Assembly: GCA_965231125.1 (NCBI GenBank)
Contig: OZ246414.1
Location: 384,137 to 448,136, forward strand
From: an uncultured Gammaproteobacteria bacterium
Lineage (GTDB): Bacteria > Patescibacteriota > Microgenomatia > Woykebacterales > RBG-16-39-9b
Length of the DNA: 64,000 nucleotides
Direction: 5' to 3'
Part shown: piece after piece, positions 55,309 through 63,941 of the stretch
Layout: every line of letters starts with the position of its first letter
How positions within the stretch are numbered: the stretch's first letter is position 1
Made by a program: the position numbers and the translations under genes
Notes under the pieces: generated by a model
Databases searched by the model: none
What the model was told of the DNA's origin: nothing
The model's input: the letters and a program-made list of their open reading frames with translations, nothing else

Positions 55309-56433
55309 ATGAAAGTTGCGTTGGTGCACGATTATCTCCGGGAGTATGGTGGAGCAGAGAAAGTCTTGGAGGCTCTTAACCAGGTATGGAAGGATGCCCC
55401 AATTTATACCACCTCTTACGAACACGACCTTATGGATAGGCTTGGTTTCAAAGTTCCCGCCGGGCTTATCCACCCTCTTTTTACTCAATATTTTCCTTGG
55501 CGTCAAGCTTTAAGAAAACATTACGCCCCAATTTACCCATTTGCTTTTAAATATTTGAAAATCCAGGCGGATGTGATTATTAGTTCTTCATCTTACGCTG
55601 CAAAATTTGTTTCTAAGCCAAAAGAAGGTTTGCACATATGTTACCTACATTCAATTCCAAAATTTCTTTGGGGATATGAAACCGAAACCCCAAATCTGGA
55701 AACATTACCAATAGACAAATATTTAAAACCTGTCTATAAAGCAATTTCCCCTCAAGTTAAGCGGATCTTGAGGAAAATGGACTTTGATGCAGCCCAAAAG
55801 GTAGATTTTTTTATTGCGAATTCGTCCTTTACAAAAGAGAGAATCAAAAGGCATTACGATAGAGATTCGGTGGTTATTTACCCACCAGTGGAAGTTGAGA
55901 AATTTAAAGGAACAAGCAAAGATGAAGGCTATTTTTTAGTTATAAGCAGGCTTGGTAGTTTTAAGAAAGTAGATATTGTTGTTAAGACTTTTAACGAGTT
56001 TAAAAAACCCTTGAAAATTATTGGTGAAGGACAGGATCTAGATAAGCTAAAAAGATTGTCCCTTTCAAATATTGAATTTCTCGGCGCGGTGCCAGAAACT
56101 AAACTAACAGAAACGTTGAAAAATTGCACCGCGGTGGTATTTCCTACCGAGGAAGATTTTGGAATTGTTCCGGTGGAGGCGATGGCAGCAGGGAAGCCAG
56201 TTATTGCTTTTCGGGGCGGAGGGTCTTTAGAGACCGTTGTTGAAGGTAAAACCGGGGAGTTTTTTGATAAACAAGAGGCAGGCAGTTTGCTTGAAGTTTT
56301 AAAGAAATTTGATCCGGCGCGGTATAATGCAAGAGACTGCACGGGTCAAGCGGAAAAGTTTTCTAAGGAAGAATTTAAAAAGAAAATTAAATTTTTTGTT
56401 GAAGAGTCCTGGGCGAATAGAAGTGGCGGCTGA
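55309..56433 (+). CDS. GT4-family glycosyltransferase
   Basis: The N-terminus is MKVALVHDYLREYGGAEKVLEAL. The C-terminal region is ...VVFPTEEDFGIVPVEAMAAGKPVIAFRGGG. Confidence 0.8.
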   Translation: MKVALVHDYLREYGGAEKVLEALNQVWKDAPIYTTSYEHDLMDRLGFKVPAGLIHPLFTQYFPWRQALRKHYAPIYPFAFKYLKIQADVIISSSSYAAKFVSKPKEGLHICYLHSIPKFLWGYETETPNLETLPIDKYLKPVYKAISPQVKRILRKMDFDAAQKVDFFIANSSFTKERIKRHYDRDSVVIYPPVEVEKFKGTSKDEGYFLVISRLGSFKKVDIVVKTFNEFKKPLKIIGEGQDLDKLKRLSLSNIEFLGAVPETKLTETLKNCTAVVFPTEEDFGIVPVEAMAAGKPVIAFRGGGSLETVVEGKTGEFFDKQEAGSLLEVLKKFDPARYNARDCTGQAEKFSKEEFKKKIKFFVEESWANRSGG

Positions 56434-56480
56434 GGTCGTCCCTGCCAATTTGTGTTAGTATCCGTGTTTATTAGAGTATT

Positions 56481-57551
56481 ATGAAAATCTGTGTTTTTTG
56501 TGGTGGAGCGGGGACCAGAATGTGGCCTCTTTCCCGAAAAAGTAAACCAAAGCAGTTCCAACCCTTAATTGGGAAAAAATCTCCATTTCAACTTATGATT
56601 GAAAGATTGGAGAAAGGCTTTGCCTTAAGTGATATTTTTGTCGTTACCGGCCGCGAATACACCGAAATTGTTAAAAAGCAGATACCAAAACTTTCAAAAG
56701 ATAATTTAATCCTTGAGCCTGAAATGAGAGATACTCTGGGAGCTGTCGGTTTAGCTGTCGCCACCTTAAGTAAAAAATTTCCTGACGAAGTAATGGCTGC
56801 AATTTGGGGGGCAGATCATTTAGTGCGAAATGATAAAGAGTTTATCAAAGCTCTTAAGGTGGCGGAAAAGCTGGCAAAAGAGCAAAACGTAATTGTCAAG
56901 GTGGATGTGGCGCCGACTTTTCCGAGCGTGCATTTGGGTTATATTCAGATTGAGAAGAAAGTTAGCACAACTGGCGGGTTTGAAGTTTATGAGTTTATTA
57001 AACATGTCGAAAAACCGACACTTCCCAAAGCAAGAAAATTTCTAGAGTCGGGAGACTATTTATGGAATACTGGCTACTTAGTTTGGAAAAACTCGGTAGT
57101 TATGAAAGTTTATCAAGAACATGCGCCTAATGTGTTTTCGATTTTGAAAGAGATTCAAAAAGCACCGGAGAGCCAAATAAAATCTCTTTTTTCTAGAATA
57201 CCAAAAAATTCAATCGACTTTGCGCTTTTTGAAAAACTTAAAAAAGGAAAGCAGCTGGTCATTAAAGCCGATCTTGGTTGGACCGATATTGGCGCTTGGG
57301 ACGTTCTTAAAAAAGAGCTTACCGAGAGCAAAGGTGCAAACGTTATCAGCGGAAATCATGTTGGGATAGATACAAAAGGCAGTCTTATTTTTGGTCCGGA
57401 TGAGAAAAAGCTTATCGCGACAATTGGTTTGAAGGATATGATTGTTGTGGATACAAAAGAGGCTCTTCTAATTTGCCCGGCAAACCGTTCCCAAGACATA
57501 AAAAAACTTGTGACCAAAATTTCAAAAGAAAAGAAAGATAAATATTTGTAA
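56481..57551 (+). CDS. manC: Mannose-1-phosphate guanylyltransferase (GDP-mannose pyrophosphorylase)
   Basis: MKICVFCGGAGTRMWPLSRKSKPKQF is the nucleotidyltransferase G-x-G-T-R motif. The protein is 356 aa and lacks a C-terminal PMI domain. Confidence 0.75.
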   Translation: MKICVFCGGAGTRMWPLSRKSKPKQFQPLIGKKSPFQLMIERLEKGFALSDIFVVTGREYTEIVKKQIPKLSKDNLILEPEMRDTLGAVGLAVATLSKKFPDEVMAAIWGADHLVRNDKEFIKALKVAEKLAKEQNVIVKVDVAPTFPSVHLGYIQIEKKVSTTGGFEVYEFIKHVEKPTLPKARKFLESGDYLWNTGYLVWKNSVVMKVYQEHAPNVFSILKEIQKAPESQIKSLFSRIPKNSIDFALFEKLKKGKQLVIKADLGWTDIGAWDVLKKELTESKGANVISGNHVGIDTKGSLIFGPDEKKLIATIGLKDMIVVDTKEALLICPANRSQDIKKLVTKISKEKKDKYL

Positions 57552-57562
57552 TTTCCGGCAAA

Positions 57563-57651
57563 GCATGATTAGCTCCGAAGGAGCGCATCATGCGAAGCAT
57601 GATATAATTACCCTGAGGCAAAGGCTTTTAACAAGGAACCTTTGCGTTTTT
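57563..57651 (+). promoter_or_regulatory. Structured intergenic leader between manC and the priming glycosyltransferase gene: nested hairpin, 12-nt direct repeat, extended -10, and a terminator-like hairpin
   Basis: A nested hairpin GCATGAT-t-AGCTCC-gaa-GGAGC-gc-ATCATGC lies at 57563-57592. The direct repeat is gcaaagcatgat/gcgaagcatgat. TGaTATAAT sits at 57600-57608. A hairpin GCAAAGG-13 nt-CCTTTGC followed by GTTTTT lies at 57619-57651. Confidence 0.4.
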
Positions 57652-57661
57652 AATTTTAGGA

Positions 57662-58297
57662 ATGTACGAATCTCTTAAACGAGCAATTGATATTTTTGGA
57701 GCAAGTCTCGGGATAATAGTTTTCTCACCAATATTTATACTCACCGCACTATCTATTAAACTGGATTCGCGTGGGCCGGTTTTTGTAGAAGAGTCCAGCC
57801 GAGTTGGTAAAGACGGTCGAGTTTTCAGAATGTACAAGTTTCGTTCGATGATTGCTAACGCTCATGTTAAAATTAAGAAAGACCCAGCTTTTAGAGAGCT
57901 TTACAAAAAATACGAAAAAAATAGTTTCAAATTAGATAAAGATCCTCGTGTAACTCGTGTTGGTGGTTTTATTAGGAGGACTAGTCTGGACGAGCTACCG
58001 CAGTTTTTAAATGTTCTTGTTGGTAACATGAGTTTGGTTGGGCCTCGGGCCCTTTACCCGGAGGAACTCGCAGCTAGAAAAAATGATCACTCTCACTTGC
58101 AGGATGAAATACACGAGTCTTTAAAAGCCAAGCCGGGTATCACCGGGCCGTGGCAAGTATCAGGAAGGGCCGAACTTTCGTTTAAAGATAGAGTCAGGTT
58201 GGATGCGGATTACGCTAAGAAAAAATCAATTATCTACGATTTTCTAATAATGATAAAAACAATTCCGGCCGTAATTAAAGGAAAAGGAGCTCAGTAG
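57662..58297 (+). CDS. Polyprenyl-phosphate sugar phosphotransferase (bacterial sugar transferase family; priming phosphoglycosyl transferase)
   Basis: [44 protein letters not shown]...MYKFRSM...[22 protein letters not shown] are hallmark motifs of the WbaP/PglC-like catalytic domain. Confidence 0.9.
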   Translation: MYESLKRAIDIFGASLGIIVFSPIFILTALSIKLDSRGPVFVEESSRVGKDGRVFRMYKFRSMIANAHVKIKKDPAFRELYKKYEKNSFKLDKDPRVTRVGGFIRRTSLDELPQFLNVLVGNMSLVGPRALYPEELAARKNDHSHLQDEIHESLKAKPGITGPWQVSGRAELSFKDRVRLDADYAKKKSIIYDFLIMIKTIPAVIKGKGAQ

Positions 58298-60190
58298 ATG
58301 GCTATAAAGGAGCTTGAACTGCAGGGTGAACATATTCCTCAAAAACCTAAAAAGAAGTTCCTAAAAGTAGCCTTTTCTATAGCCGGTTTTTTTATTTTTC
58401 TGGTTTTACTAATAGTCCTCTATATTGGTTTTGTTATTGTGCCGGCGGTTAACAATCTAAAATCTTCTCTCTCCGCCACGTCCTCTCAAGTGGATAAGGT
58501 CAAAGAAGATATAAAGCAGCAAAATATTGTTAAAGTTAAGAGTGACGTTGTTAATCTCCAAGATGATTTAGAGAGTTCCCAAAAGAACCTGCACAAACTT
58601 GGAATAGTTCGCTTTATACCGATTGTTAACGGCTACTATAACGATGCGAACCATTTAATAACGGCGGCTGTTTTGGCATCTGAGGCGGGTGAGATTACTG
58701 CCGACGGCATTTTGCCGTTTTCTGATGTGCTGGGTTTGAGAGGAAAAAAATCTAAGACTACTGCCGAAGCAAAAACGCAGTTTATTGTTAACAAAGTAAT
58801 ACCCTCACTTGGTCCTTTAGTAGATCAGCTAGAAGGTAAACTTTCTCAAATTGAGAACGAAGTTTCTCAAGTGGACCCGTACCGCTACCCGGCGGGGCTT
58901 AAAATAAAAGGCTATCCGTTGCGAGGGACTTTAATTAAAGCGAAGGAAGATTTGGATAAGGCTCAAAAGGACCTGCCAGATGTTAAACTCGCTTTAAAAA
59001 CTATTCCTGATGTTTTAGGGTCGCCAACTCCTAAAACTTATCTTTTCCTTTTCCAGAACGACAAGGAACTGCGGGCTACCGGTGGGTTCATAACTGCCTA
59101 CGCAATCGGTACAGTAAAGGCAGGCAAACTAACCAGTATTAAAAGTGAGGACATTTATAAACTTGATTCGCGTCTTGCTCACAGTGAGCCAGTTCCCGAT
59201 CCGTTAAGAAGGTATCTTGGGATTGGCTATTACGCTATAAGAGACACCAACCTTTCTCCGGATTTTCTAGTTTCCGCCAAGACATTTGAAAGTTTCTATA
59301 ACAGAGTTCCAGATACCCAAAAAGTAGACGGGATAATTTCCATAGACACTGAGTTTGTAAGAAGTTTATTGGAGGTTACTGGACCTATTACTGTACCAAG
59401 CCTTGGTGACACGTTTTCGGCTGAAAATAATCAATATGGTATTCCAGACGTTACTTATAAACTGGAGCTGTACGCAGAAAAAGTATTTCGCCGCAGCAAC
59501 CAAAGAAAAGGATTTATTGGGGATCTTATGCATGAAATTATAAATAAGGTTTTGAACGCTCCGCCAGAAAAATTTCAACCCCTTTTCAATACATTTTTAC
59601 AGGATCTAGATCAAAAACACCTCCAATTTTATCTTCACAATAAAGACGCTCAAGCTCTTGCCGAAAAATTCAACTTTGCAGGAAGGATAAAGCCGTACGA
59701 TGGAGATTATCTTAACGTCAACAACTCCAACTTCGGTGGGTTGAAGGCCAATCTTTTTATTACCGGAAAAATTGAACAAGATATTGTTACTTCGTCGGAT
59801 GGAAAAGTAACTAAGAAAGTTTCTGTTACTCTAACAAATCCAAATAACCAACTACTTGGTTGGTTAAATTCCTATTATCGCAACTGGATGAGAGTTTACC
59901 TACCAATTGGTAGTAAGTTAATCAATAAACAAGTTCAGGCTGACTTTCAAGATACCAAAGATTTGGGTAAGGAGGTTTATTCAAGCTTTAGCGTGACCGG
60001 ACCTTTAACTAGCTCAGTTACTAGTTTCACCTATCAACTGCCTTTTAAAGTCATGCCTGGTCAGGAGTATCGGCTGCTGGTTCAAAAGCAAGCTGGTACC
60101 GGATCAACAAAAATGATTATTAGATTAAATGGTAAAGATATTGAAAATTTCGACTTGACCACGGACAGGGAAATAAAGTTCAAGATATAG
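58298..60190 (+). CDS. Membrane-anchored protein, DUF4012-like, tentative (frequent partner of priming sugar transferases)
   Basis: The N-terminal TM helix is FLKVAFSIAGFFIFLVLLIVLYIGFVIV. The 630-aa protein has a large extracytoplasmic body containing ...YLFLFQNDKELRATGGFITAYAIG.... Its ATG lies 1 nt after the phosphoglycosyl transferase stop. Confidence 0.4.
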   Translation: MAIKELELQGEHIPQKPKKKFLKVAFSIAGFFIFLVLLIVLYIGFVIVPAVNNLKSSLSATSSQVDKVKEDIKQQNIVKVKSDVVNLQDDLESSQKNLHKLGIVRFIPIVNGYYNDANHLITAAVLASEAGEITADGILPFSDVLGLRGKKSKTTAEAKTQFIVNKVIPSLGPLVDQLEGKLSQIENEVSQVDPYRYPAGLKIKGYPLRGTLIKAKEDLDKAQKDLPDVKLALKTIPDVLGSPTPKTYLFLFQNDKELRATGGFITAYAIGTVKAGKLTSIKSEDIYKLDSRLAHSEPVPDPLRRYLGIGYYAIRDTNLSPDFLVSAKTFESFYNRVPDTQKVDGIISIDTEFVRSLLEVTGPITVPSLGDTFSAENNQYGIPDVTYKLELYAEKVFRRSNQRKGFIGDLMHEIINKVLNAPPEKFQPLFNTFLQDLDQKHLQFYLHNKDAQALAEKFNFAGRIKPYDGDYLNVNNSNFGGLKANLFITGKIEQDIVTSSDGKVTKKVSVTLTNPNNQLLGWLNSYYRNWMRVYLPIGSKLINKQVQADFQDTKDLGKEVYSSFSVTGPLTSSVTSFTYQLPFKVMPGQEYRLLVQKQAGTGSTKMIIRLNGKDIENFDLTTDREIKFKI

Positions 60191-60293
60191 AACGCTCCGT
60201 AACCAAATCCAAGTGACTAAGATCGCTGAAGCGCTCCGCGTCTTTGGGTACTAGGGTACTCTAGCGTTCTGCGCCACTGAAAGTGGCTAGACT

Positions 60294-61052
60294 ATGCAGA
60301 CTTTTTCCTCTGAAGGAATAATTTTGAAACGTCTGGATTTTGGGGAAGCCGACAGGTTAATCACGGTTTTTACCAAAAACAAAGGTAAAATCACGGCTTT
60401 AGCGAAAGGTATTCGTCGAATTGAGTCCCGAAGAGCTGGAAATGTGGAACTACTCAACCGCTCCAAACTTTTCTTTGCCCAGAGTAAGTCGTTACCTATA
60501 CTTACCGAAGCTGAAGCCGTCGAAACTTATTCAAATTTAAAAAAGGATTTAAAAAAAGTCGGTAACGCTTACCACATTGCTGAGCTTGTCGATAAGTTTT
60601 TTCATGATGGGCAGGAAAATTTCAAAGTATTTGAGCTACTGGCAGAAACACTTTCTTTTTTAGATAAAGCTGAGGATAAAAAAGTCGAAAACCTTGTCCG
60701 CGCTTTTGAACTAAAAATACTTACTTTAGCGGGTTACAGCCCGCAGGTTGACCACTGCGTCAAATGTGGCAAAAGCTTAGAACCCTCGAATAATCTATTT
60801 AGTCCCGAAGCAGGCGGTGTGTTGCACCCAAAGTGCGCTCAGAATTTTACTTTGAGCAAGGAGATCTCAGTTGAAGTCATCAAACTTGCGCGTTATATGC
60901 AAAGTCAGAACATAAAGGATTCTGCAAAGGTTAATATACCAACTGCTGTTATGGAAAAGTTCGAGGCTCTTACGAAATTCTACTTGGAGTTTATTTTGGA
61001 AAGGCAGCTTTATTCGGCCGATTTTGTTGAAAGTGTTAAAAATTTGAAATGA
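60294..61052 (+). CDS. recO: DNA repair protein RecO
   Basis: MQTFSSEGIILKRLDFGEADRLITVFTKNKGKITALAKGIRR is the RecO OB-fold N-terminus. The Cys pair ...HCVKCGK is a zinc motif. Confidence 0.85.
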   Translation: MQTFSSEGIILKRLDFGEADRLITVFTKNKGKITALAKGIRRIESRRAGNVELLNRSKLFFAQSKSLPILTEAEAVETYSNLKKDLKKVGNAYHIAELVDKFFHDGQENFKVFELLAETLSFLDKAEDKKVENLVRAFELKILTLAGYSPQVDHCVKCGKSLEPSNNLFSPEAGGVLHPKCAQNFTLSKEISVEVIKLARYMQSQNIKDSAKVNIPTAVMEKFEALTKFYLEFILERQLYSADFVESVKNLK

Positions 61053-61092
61053 AGCCAGCTGCGATTTTGCAAAAGCAGCTGGCTCGTTTATC
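61053..61092. terminator. Bidirectional intrinsic terminator between convergent recO and csrA
   Basis: The sequence is agccagctgc-gattttgcaaaa-gcagctggct. The stem is a perfect 10 bp. A T-rich tract follows on the + strand and an A/T-rich tract on the other. Confidence 0.75.
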
Positions 61093-61102
61093 GACACTGC
61101 TC

Positions 61103-61294
61103 TTATGCATTGGTGGTGGGTATTCGATCAGTGTCTCGTGGCTCTCTATCTAGCAGTTCTTGGCGTAGAACTGGGATGTCCAGCGGTGCTGAAATTCCGA
61201 GTTTCACTCTATCTCTTTCCACGCCGAGAACTCGCACGATGATGTTCCCGGAGATCACAATTCCCTGGTCGATCTTCCTTGTGAGCACTAACAT
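61103..61294 (-). CDS. csrA: Carbon storage regulator CsrA (RNA-binding translational regulator)
   Basis: MLVLTRKIDQGIVISGNIIVRVLGVERDRVKLGISAPLDIPVLRQEL fits the CsrA consensus (MLxLTRK...VxVLxV...VxLGIxAP..xxxxRxE). The protein is 63 aa. Confidence 0.85.
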   Translation of the reverse strand: MLVLTRKIDQGIVISGNIIVRVLGVERDRVKLGISAPLDIPVLRQELLDREPRDTDRIPTTNA

Positions 61295-61419
61295 CCTTGA
61301 TCCCTCCTTGTTAAATAGCTGCGGGGTAGGAAATCTCTTTGGTGTGGTTATTCTACATCATGGTTTGCAAACTAACAAGAGAACATTTATACTTTTTCCA
61401 AATGAACGGTAGCCAGTTG

Positions 61420-62802
61420 ATGGATAAAATAGTTTCCCTCACCAAAAGACGCGGCTTCCTTTTCCCTGGAAGTGAAATTTATGGCGGTGTTGGCGGGATT
61501 TACGATCTTGGACCACTGGGAACAGAACTTGCCAACAACATTAAAAAATCTTGGTGGAAAAGCACTGTTGTTGAAAGAGAAAATGTGGTTGGTTTGGACA
61601 GTGCGATATTGATGAATAGTGAAGTTTGGCGCACTTCCGGACATGTAAAAAATTTCAGTGATCCCTTAATAGAGTGTAAAAAATGTCACAAGAGATTTCG
61701 CGAGGATGTTTATCAAAGATTATATAAAGCAAATGAAGACTTAATGGGTAAAATTTATCCAAGTACTAGCACTTCGTCACTTACACCTGAGGCCTTGGAG
61801 GTTTTGCTATGCGAAGATGGTTACCATAAACCAGGAGACTTTACCGAATCCCGGATGTTTAATCTAATGTTCAAAACCCATATTGGTCCAATAGAAGAAG
61901 TTGGGTCCGAAACTTATTTGCGGCCGGAGACTGCTCAGGGGATTTTTGTAAACTTTGGGAATGTTGTGGACACAATGCGGGTAAAACTTCCTTTTGGAAT
62001 TGCTCAAATTGGTAAAGGCTTCCGCAATGAGATTACTACGGGAAACTTTCTCTTCCGCGTCCGTGAATTTGAAATGATGGAGCTTGAGTATTTCACTTAT
62101 CCAGCCCAAGCAGAGAAAGATTTCGAGTATTGGCAAAAAGAAAGAATGAATTGGCATCTTTCCCTAGGCTTGAAGAAAGAAAGCCTGCGTTTCCGTGAGC
62201 ATGAAAGTGGTGAAAGGGCTCACTACGCCGCAAGAAGCGTCGATATAGAATACAATTGGCCCTTTATGGGTTGGGGAGAGCTAGAGGGAATTGCCAACAG
62301 AACGGATTACGATCTAAAAGCCCATTCGGAAGCTTCCGGGAAAGACCTTTCTTACTTTGATGAAGAGACCAAAGAGAAAGTTGTTCCTTATGTTATTGAG
62401 CCGTCGGTTGGGGTCGGTCGCGCGATGTTAGCTGTTTTAGTCGATTCTTATTCAGAAGACGGAGATAGAGTCGTACTAAAACTAAAACCACACCTTGCTC
62501 CATACAAAGTCGCCGTATTTCCTTTGCTTGCCAACAAACCAGAATTAGTTAAACTAGCTCGAAAGATTTACTCTGAACTCAAAACTCAAATCGCTGGACT
62601 AGTTGCTTGGGACGATCGCGGCAACATCGGTAAACGCTATTTCGCTCAAGATGAAATCGGCACTCCGTTTTGTGTGACGGTAGATTTTCAATCTTTGGAT
62701 GATAATACGGTGACAATTCGGGATCGTGATACGACAAAGCAAACTAGGGTGAAAGTGAGCGGGCTTACAGATGAATTACAAAAAAGGTTTTCCGAACAAT
62801 AA
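61420..62802 (+). CDS. glyQS: Glycine--tRNA ligase (homodimeric alpha2 class II type)
   Basis: MDKIVSLTKRRGFLFPGSEIYGGVGGIYDLGPLGTELANNIKKSWW is the characteristic GlyRS N-terminus. The zinc-knuckle-like region is CKKCHKRFRED. The start was chosen at 61420, inside the longer track ORF. Confidence 0.85.
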   Translation: MDKIVSLTKRRGFLFPGSEIYGGVGGIYDLGPLGTELANNIKKSWWKSTVVERENVVGLDSAILMNSEVWRTSGHVKNFSDPLIECKKCHKRFREDVYQRLYKANEDLMGKIYPSTSTSSLTPEALEVLLCEDGYHKPGDFTESRMFNLMFKTHIGPIEEVGSETYLRPETAQGIFVNFGNVVDTMRVKLPFGIAQIGKGFRNEITTGNFLFRVREFEMMELEYFTYPAQAEKDFEYWQKERMNWHLSLGLKKESLRFREHESGERAHYAARSVDIEYNWPFMGWGELEGIANRTDYDLKAHSEASGKDLSYFDEETKEKVVPYVIEPSVGVGRAMLAVLVDSYSEDGDRVVLKLKPHLAPYKVAVFPLLANKPELVKLARKIYSELKTQIAGLVAWDDRGNIGKRYFAQDEIGTPFCVTVDFQSLDDNTVTIRDRDTTKQTRVKVSGLTDELQKRFSEQ

Positions 62803-62836
62803 ATTTATGGATCCCACGCCTAAGAAAAACCTAATT

Positions 62837-63178
62837 TTAATCTCGATTTAAAAAATTTCCTCTAGCTCTTTTCAAGAGGGTAAAAATTATAACTGCAAAA
62901 CCACAACTTAAAAATATTAGAAAGAAAAGGATAATCGGAAGTAAACCAATCCCTGCTAGGCCCAAATCGGGAAAACCAGAAATAGACCACAGCGCCAGGA
63001 CCAAAAGGTTAATAATAAGGTAAGAGAAAATCACGCCTAATATAAGACTTGAAATCAACGCTACTAATAAAAATTGAAGGTCTGAAAGCTTACAGATAGA
63101 AATTAAGATGTTATTAGACCAGTTCTTTAGTAGGATCACTAAATTAATTATTCCACAAACCAACCATTCAAGCAACAA
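62837..63178 (-). CDS. Small integral membrane protein (3 TM helices), hypothetical
   Basis: The 113-aa ORF is highly hydrophobic. Confidence 0.4.
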   Translation of the reverse strand: MLLEWLVCGIINLVILLKNWSNNILISICKLSDLQFLLVALISSLILGVIFSYLIINLLVLALWSISGFPDLGLAGIGLLPIILFFLIFLSCGFAVIIFTLLKRARGNFLNRD

Positions 63179-63184
63179 AGCTAT

Positions 63185-63208
63185 CTTTATCTAGGTACAG
63201 TATACCAG
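63185..63208. promoter_or_regulatory. Perfect 24-bp palindrome (11-bp arms, 2-bp spacer): candidate operator
   Basis: The sequence is GTACAGTATAC-CA-GTATACTGTAC. It lies 7 nt upstream of the 62837..63178 gene start and 47 nt downstream of the stop of the citrate-synthase-family gene. Confidence 0.55.
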
Positions 63209-63254
63209 TATACTGTACTCACACCTGAGGTGGCGGAATTATTTTTTAAAAATA

Positions 63255-63941
63255 TTACTTGGCTAGGTCTCGGGGTTTGGGGCCGTCGTACTCGACTTCG
63301 TCTTCTTCGATTCTACGCACAGGTTTCTCTCTTGTTTTTTCTTCATGTACATGCGCAACTAAGCCGGCGATTCGACTAATAATAAAAAATCCATTACCGA
63401 GAGCAGAATCAAACCCTAGCTCACTCATTACGGCTGCTGTTATACCATCTATATTCAAACAAAGTTTGCGGCCAACTGCTTTTTCCAATTCCTTTTCGAT
63501 TTCTAACGCCATAGAGATGTGTGGTCCTTTAAAACCTTGCTTTTCCGCAACCTCCAAAATTGCTTGAGTTCTTGGGTCTGTCTCGTAAATTTTATGGCCA
63601 TATCCCGGTAGTCTATCGCTCTTAAATCTAGCTTTTTCGACAATGTCGGCGGCTTTTAAGTCCTTTTTGACGGCATCTTGGAAAATTTTTGCCGCCGCCT
63701 CAATCGCACCACCATGGCTCTCGCCAATTGCGGCTACGCCATTGGCAACAGCCGTTGATAAAGGAACGCCACAAGAGGCCGTAATCCTGGCCACAGTAGT
63801 AGACGGAGCCTCAACTCCGTGGTCAATCGAAGCAACTAAAATAGCGTTCATTAGTGCTTCTTCTTTTTCGTCCGGAAGTTCACCCTTTAAGATAAGAAAA
63901 ATAGCTTGCGTGAAATTTAATTTTTTGAGCATATCGGTCAA
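63255..63941 (-). CDS. Citrate synthase-family protein (C-terminal catalytic half; probably truncated by the window edge, or a short citryl-CoA-lyase-like form)
   Basis: ...ILVASIDHGVEAPSTTVARITASCGVPLSTAVANGVAAIGESHGGAIEAA... matches the citrate synthase active-site region, including the HGGA(N)E motif. The reading frame stays open upstream to position 64000, although an in-frame TTG with a Shine-Dalgarno aagagga exists at about 63940. Confidence 0.55.
   Translation of the reverse strand: MTDMLKKLNFTQAIFLILKGELPDEKEEALMNAILVASIDHGVEAPSTTVARITASCGVPLSTAVANGVAAIGESHGGAIEAAAKIFQDAVKKDLKAADIVEKARFKSDRLPGYGHKIYETDPRTQAILEVAEKQGFKGPHISMALEIEKELEKAVGRKLCLNIDGITAAVMSELGFDSALGNGFFIISRIAGLVAHVHEEKTREKPVRRIEEDEVEYDGPKPRDLAK

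Noticed and set aside
60190-60293. Possible terminator or ncRNA between the DUF4012-like gene and recO (hairpin GCCACT-gaa-AGTGGC, repeats of gggtact and cgctccg)
   Set aside because: No U-tract follows the hairpin and no promoter is evident. It is probably an ordinary structured spacer, so I mention it here but do not call a feature.
61295-61420. T-box leader upstream of glyQS
   Set aside because: The intergenic leader is at most about 125 nt and shows no specifier-loop or T-box consensus (AAUUAGGGUGGNACCGCG) sequence.
63185-63208. LexA/SOS box
   Set aside because: The palindrome contains ACAG...CTGT, but in the inverse arrangement and spacing relative to CTGT-N8-ACAG, and it does not match the GAAC-N4-GTTC Cheo box. 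I report it as a generic operator candidate.
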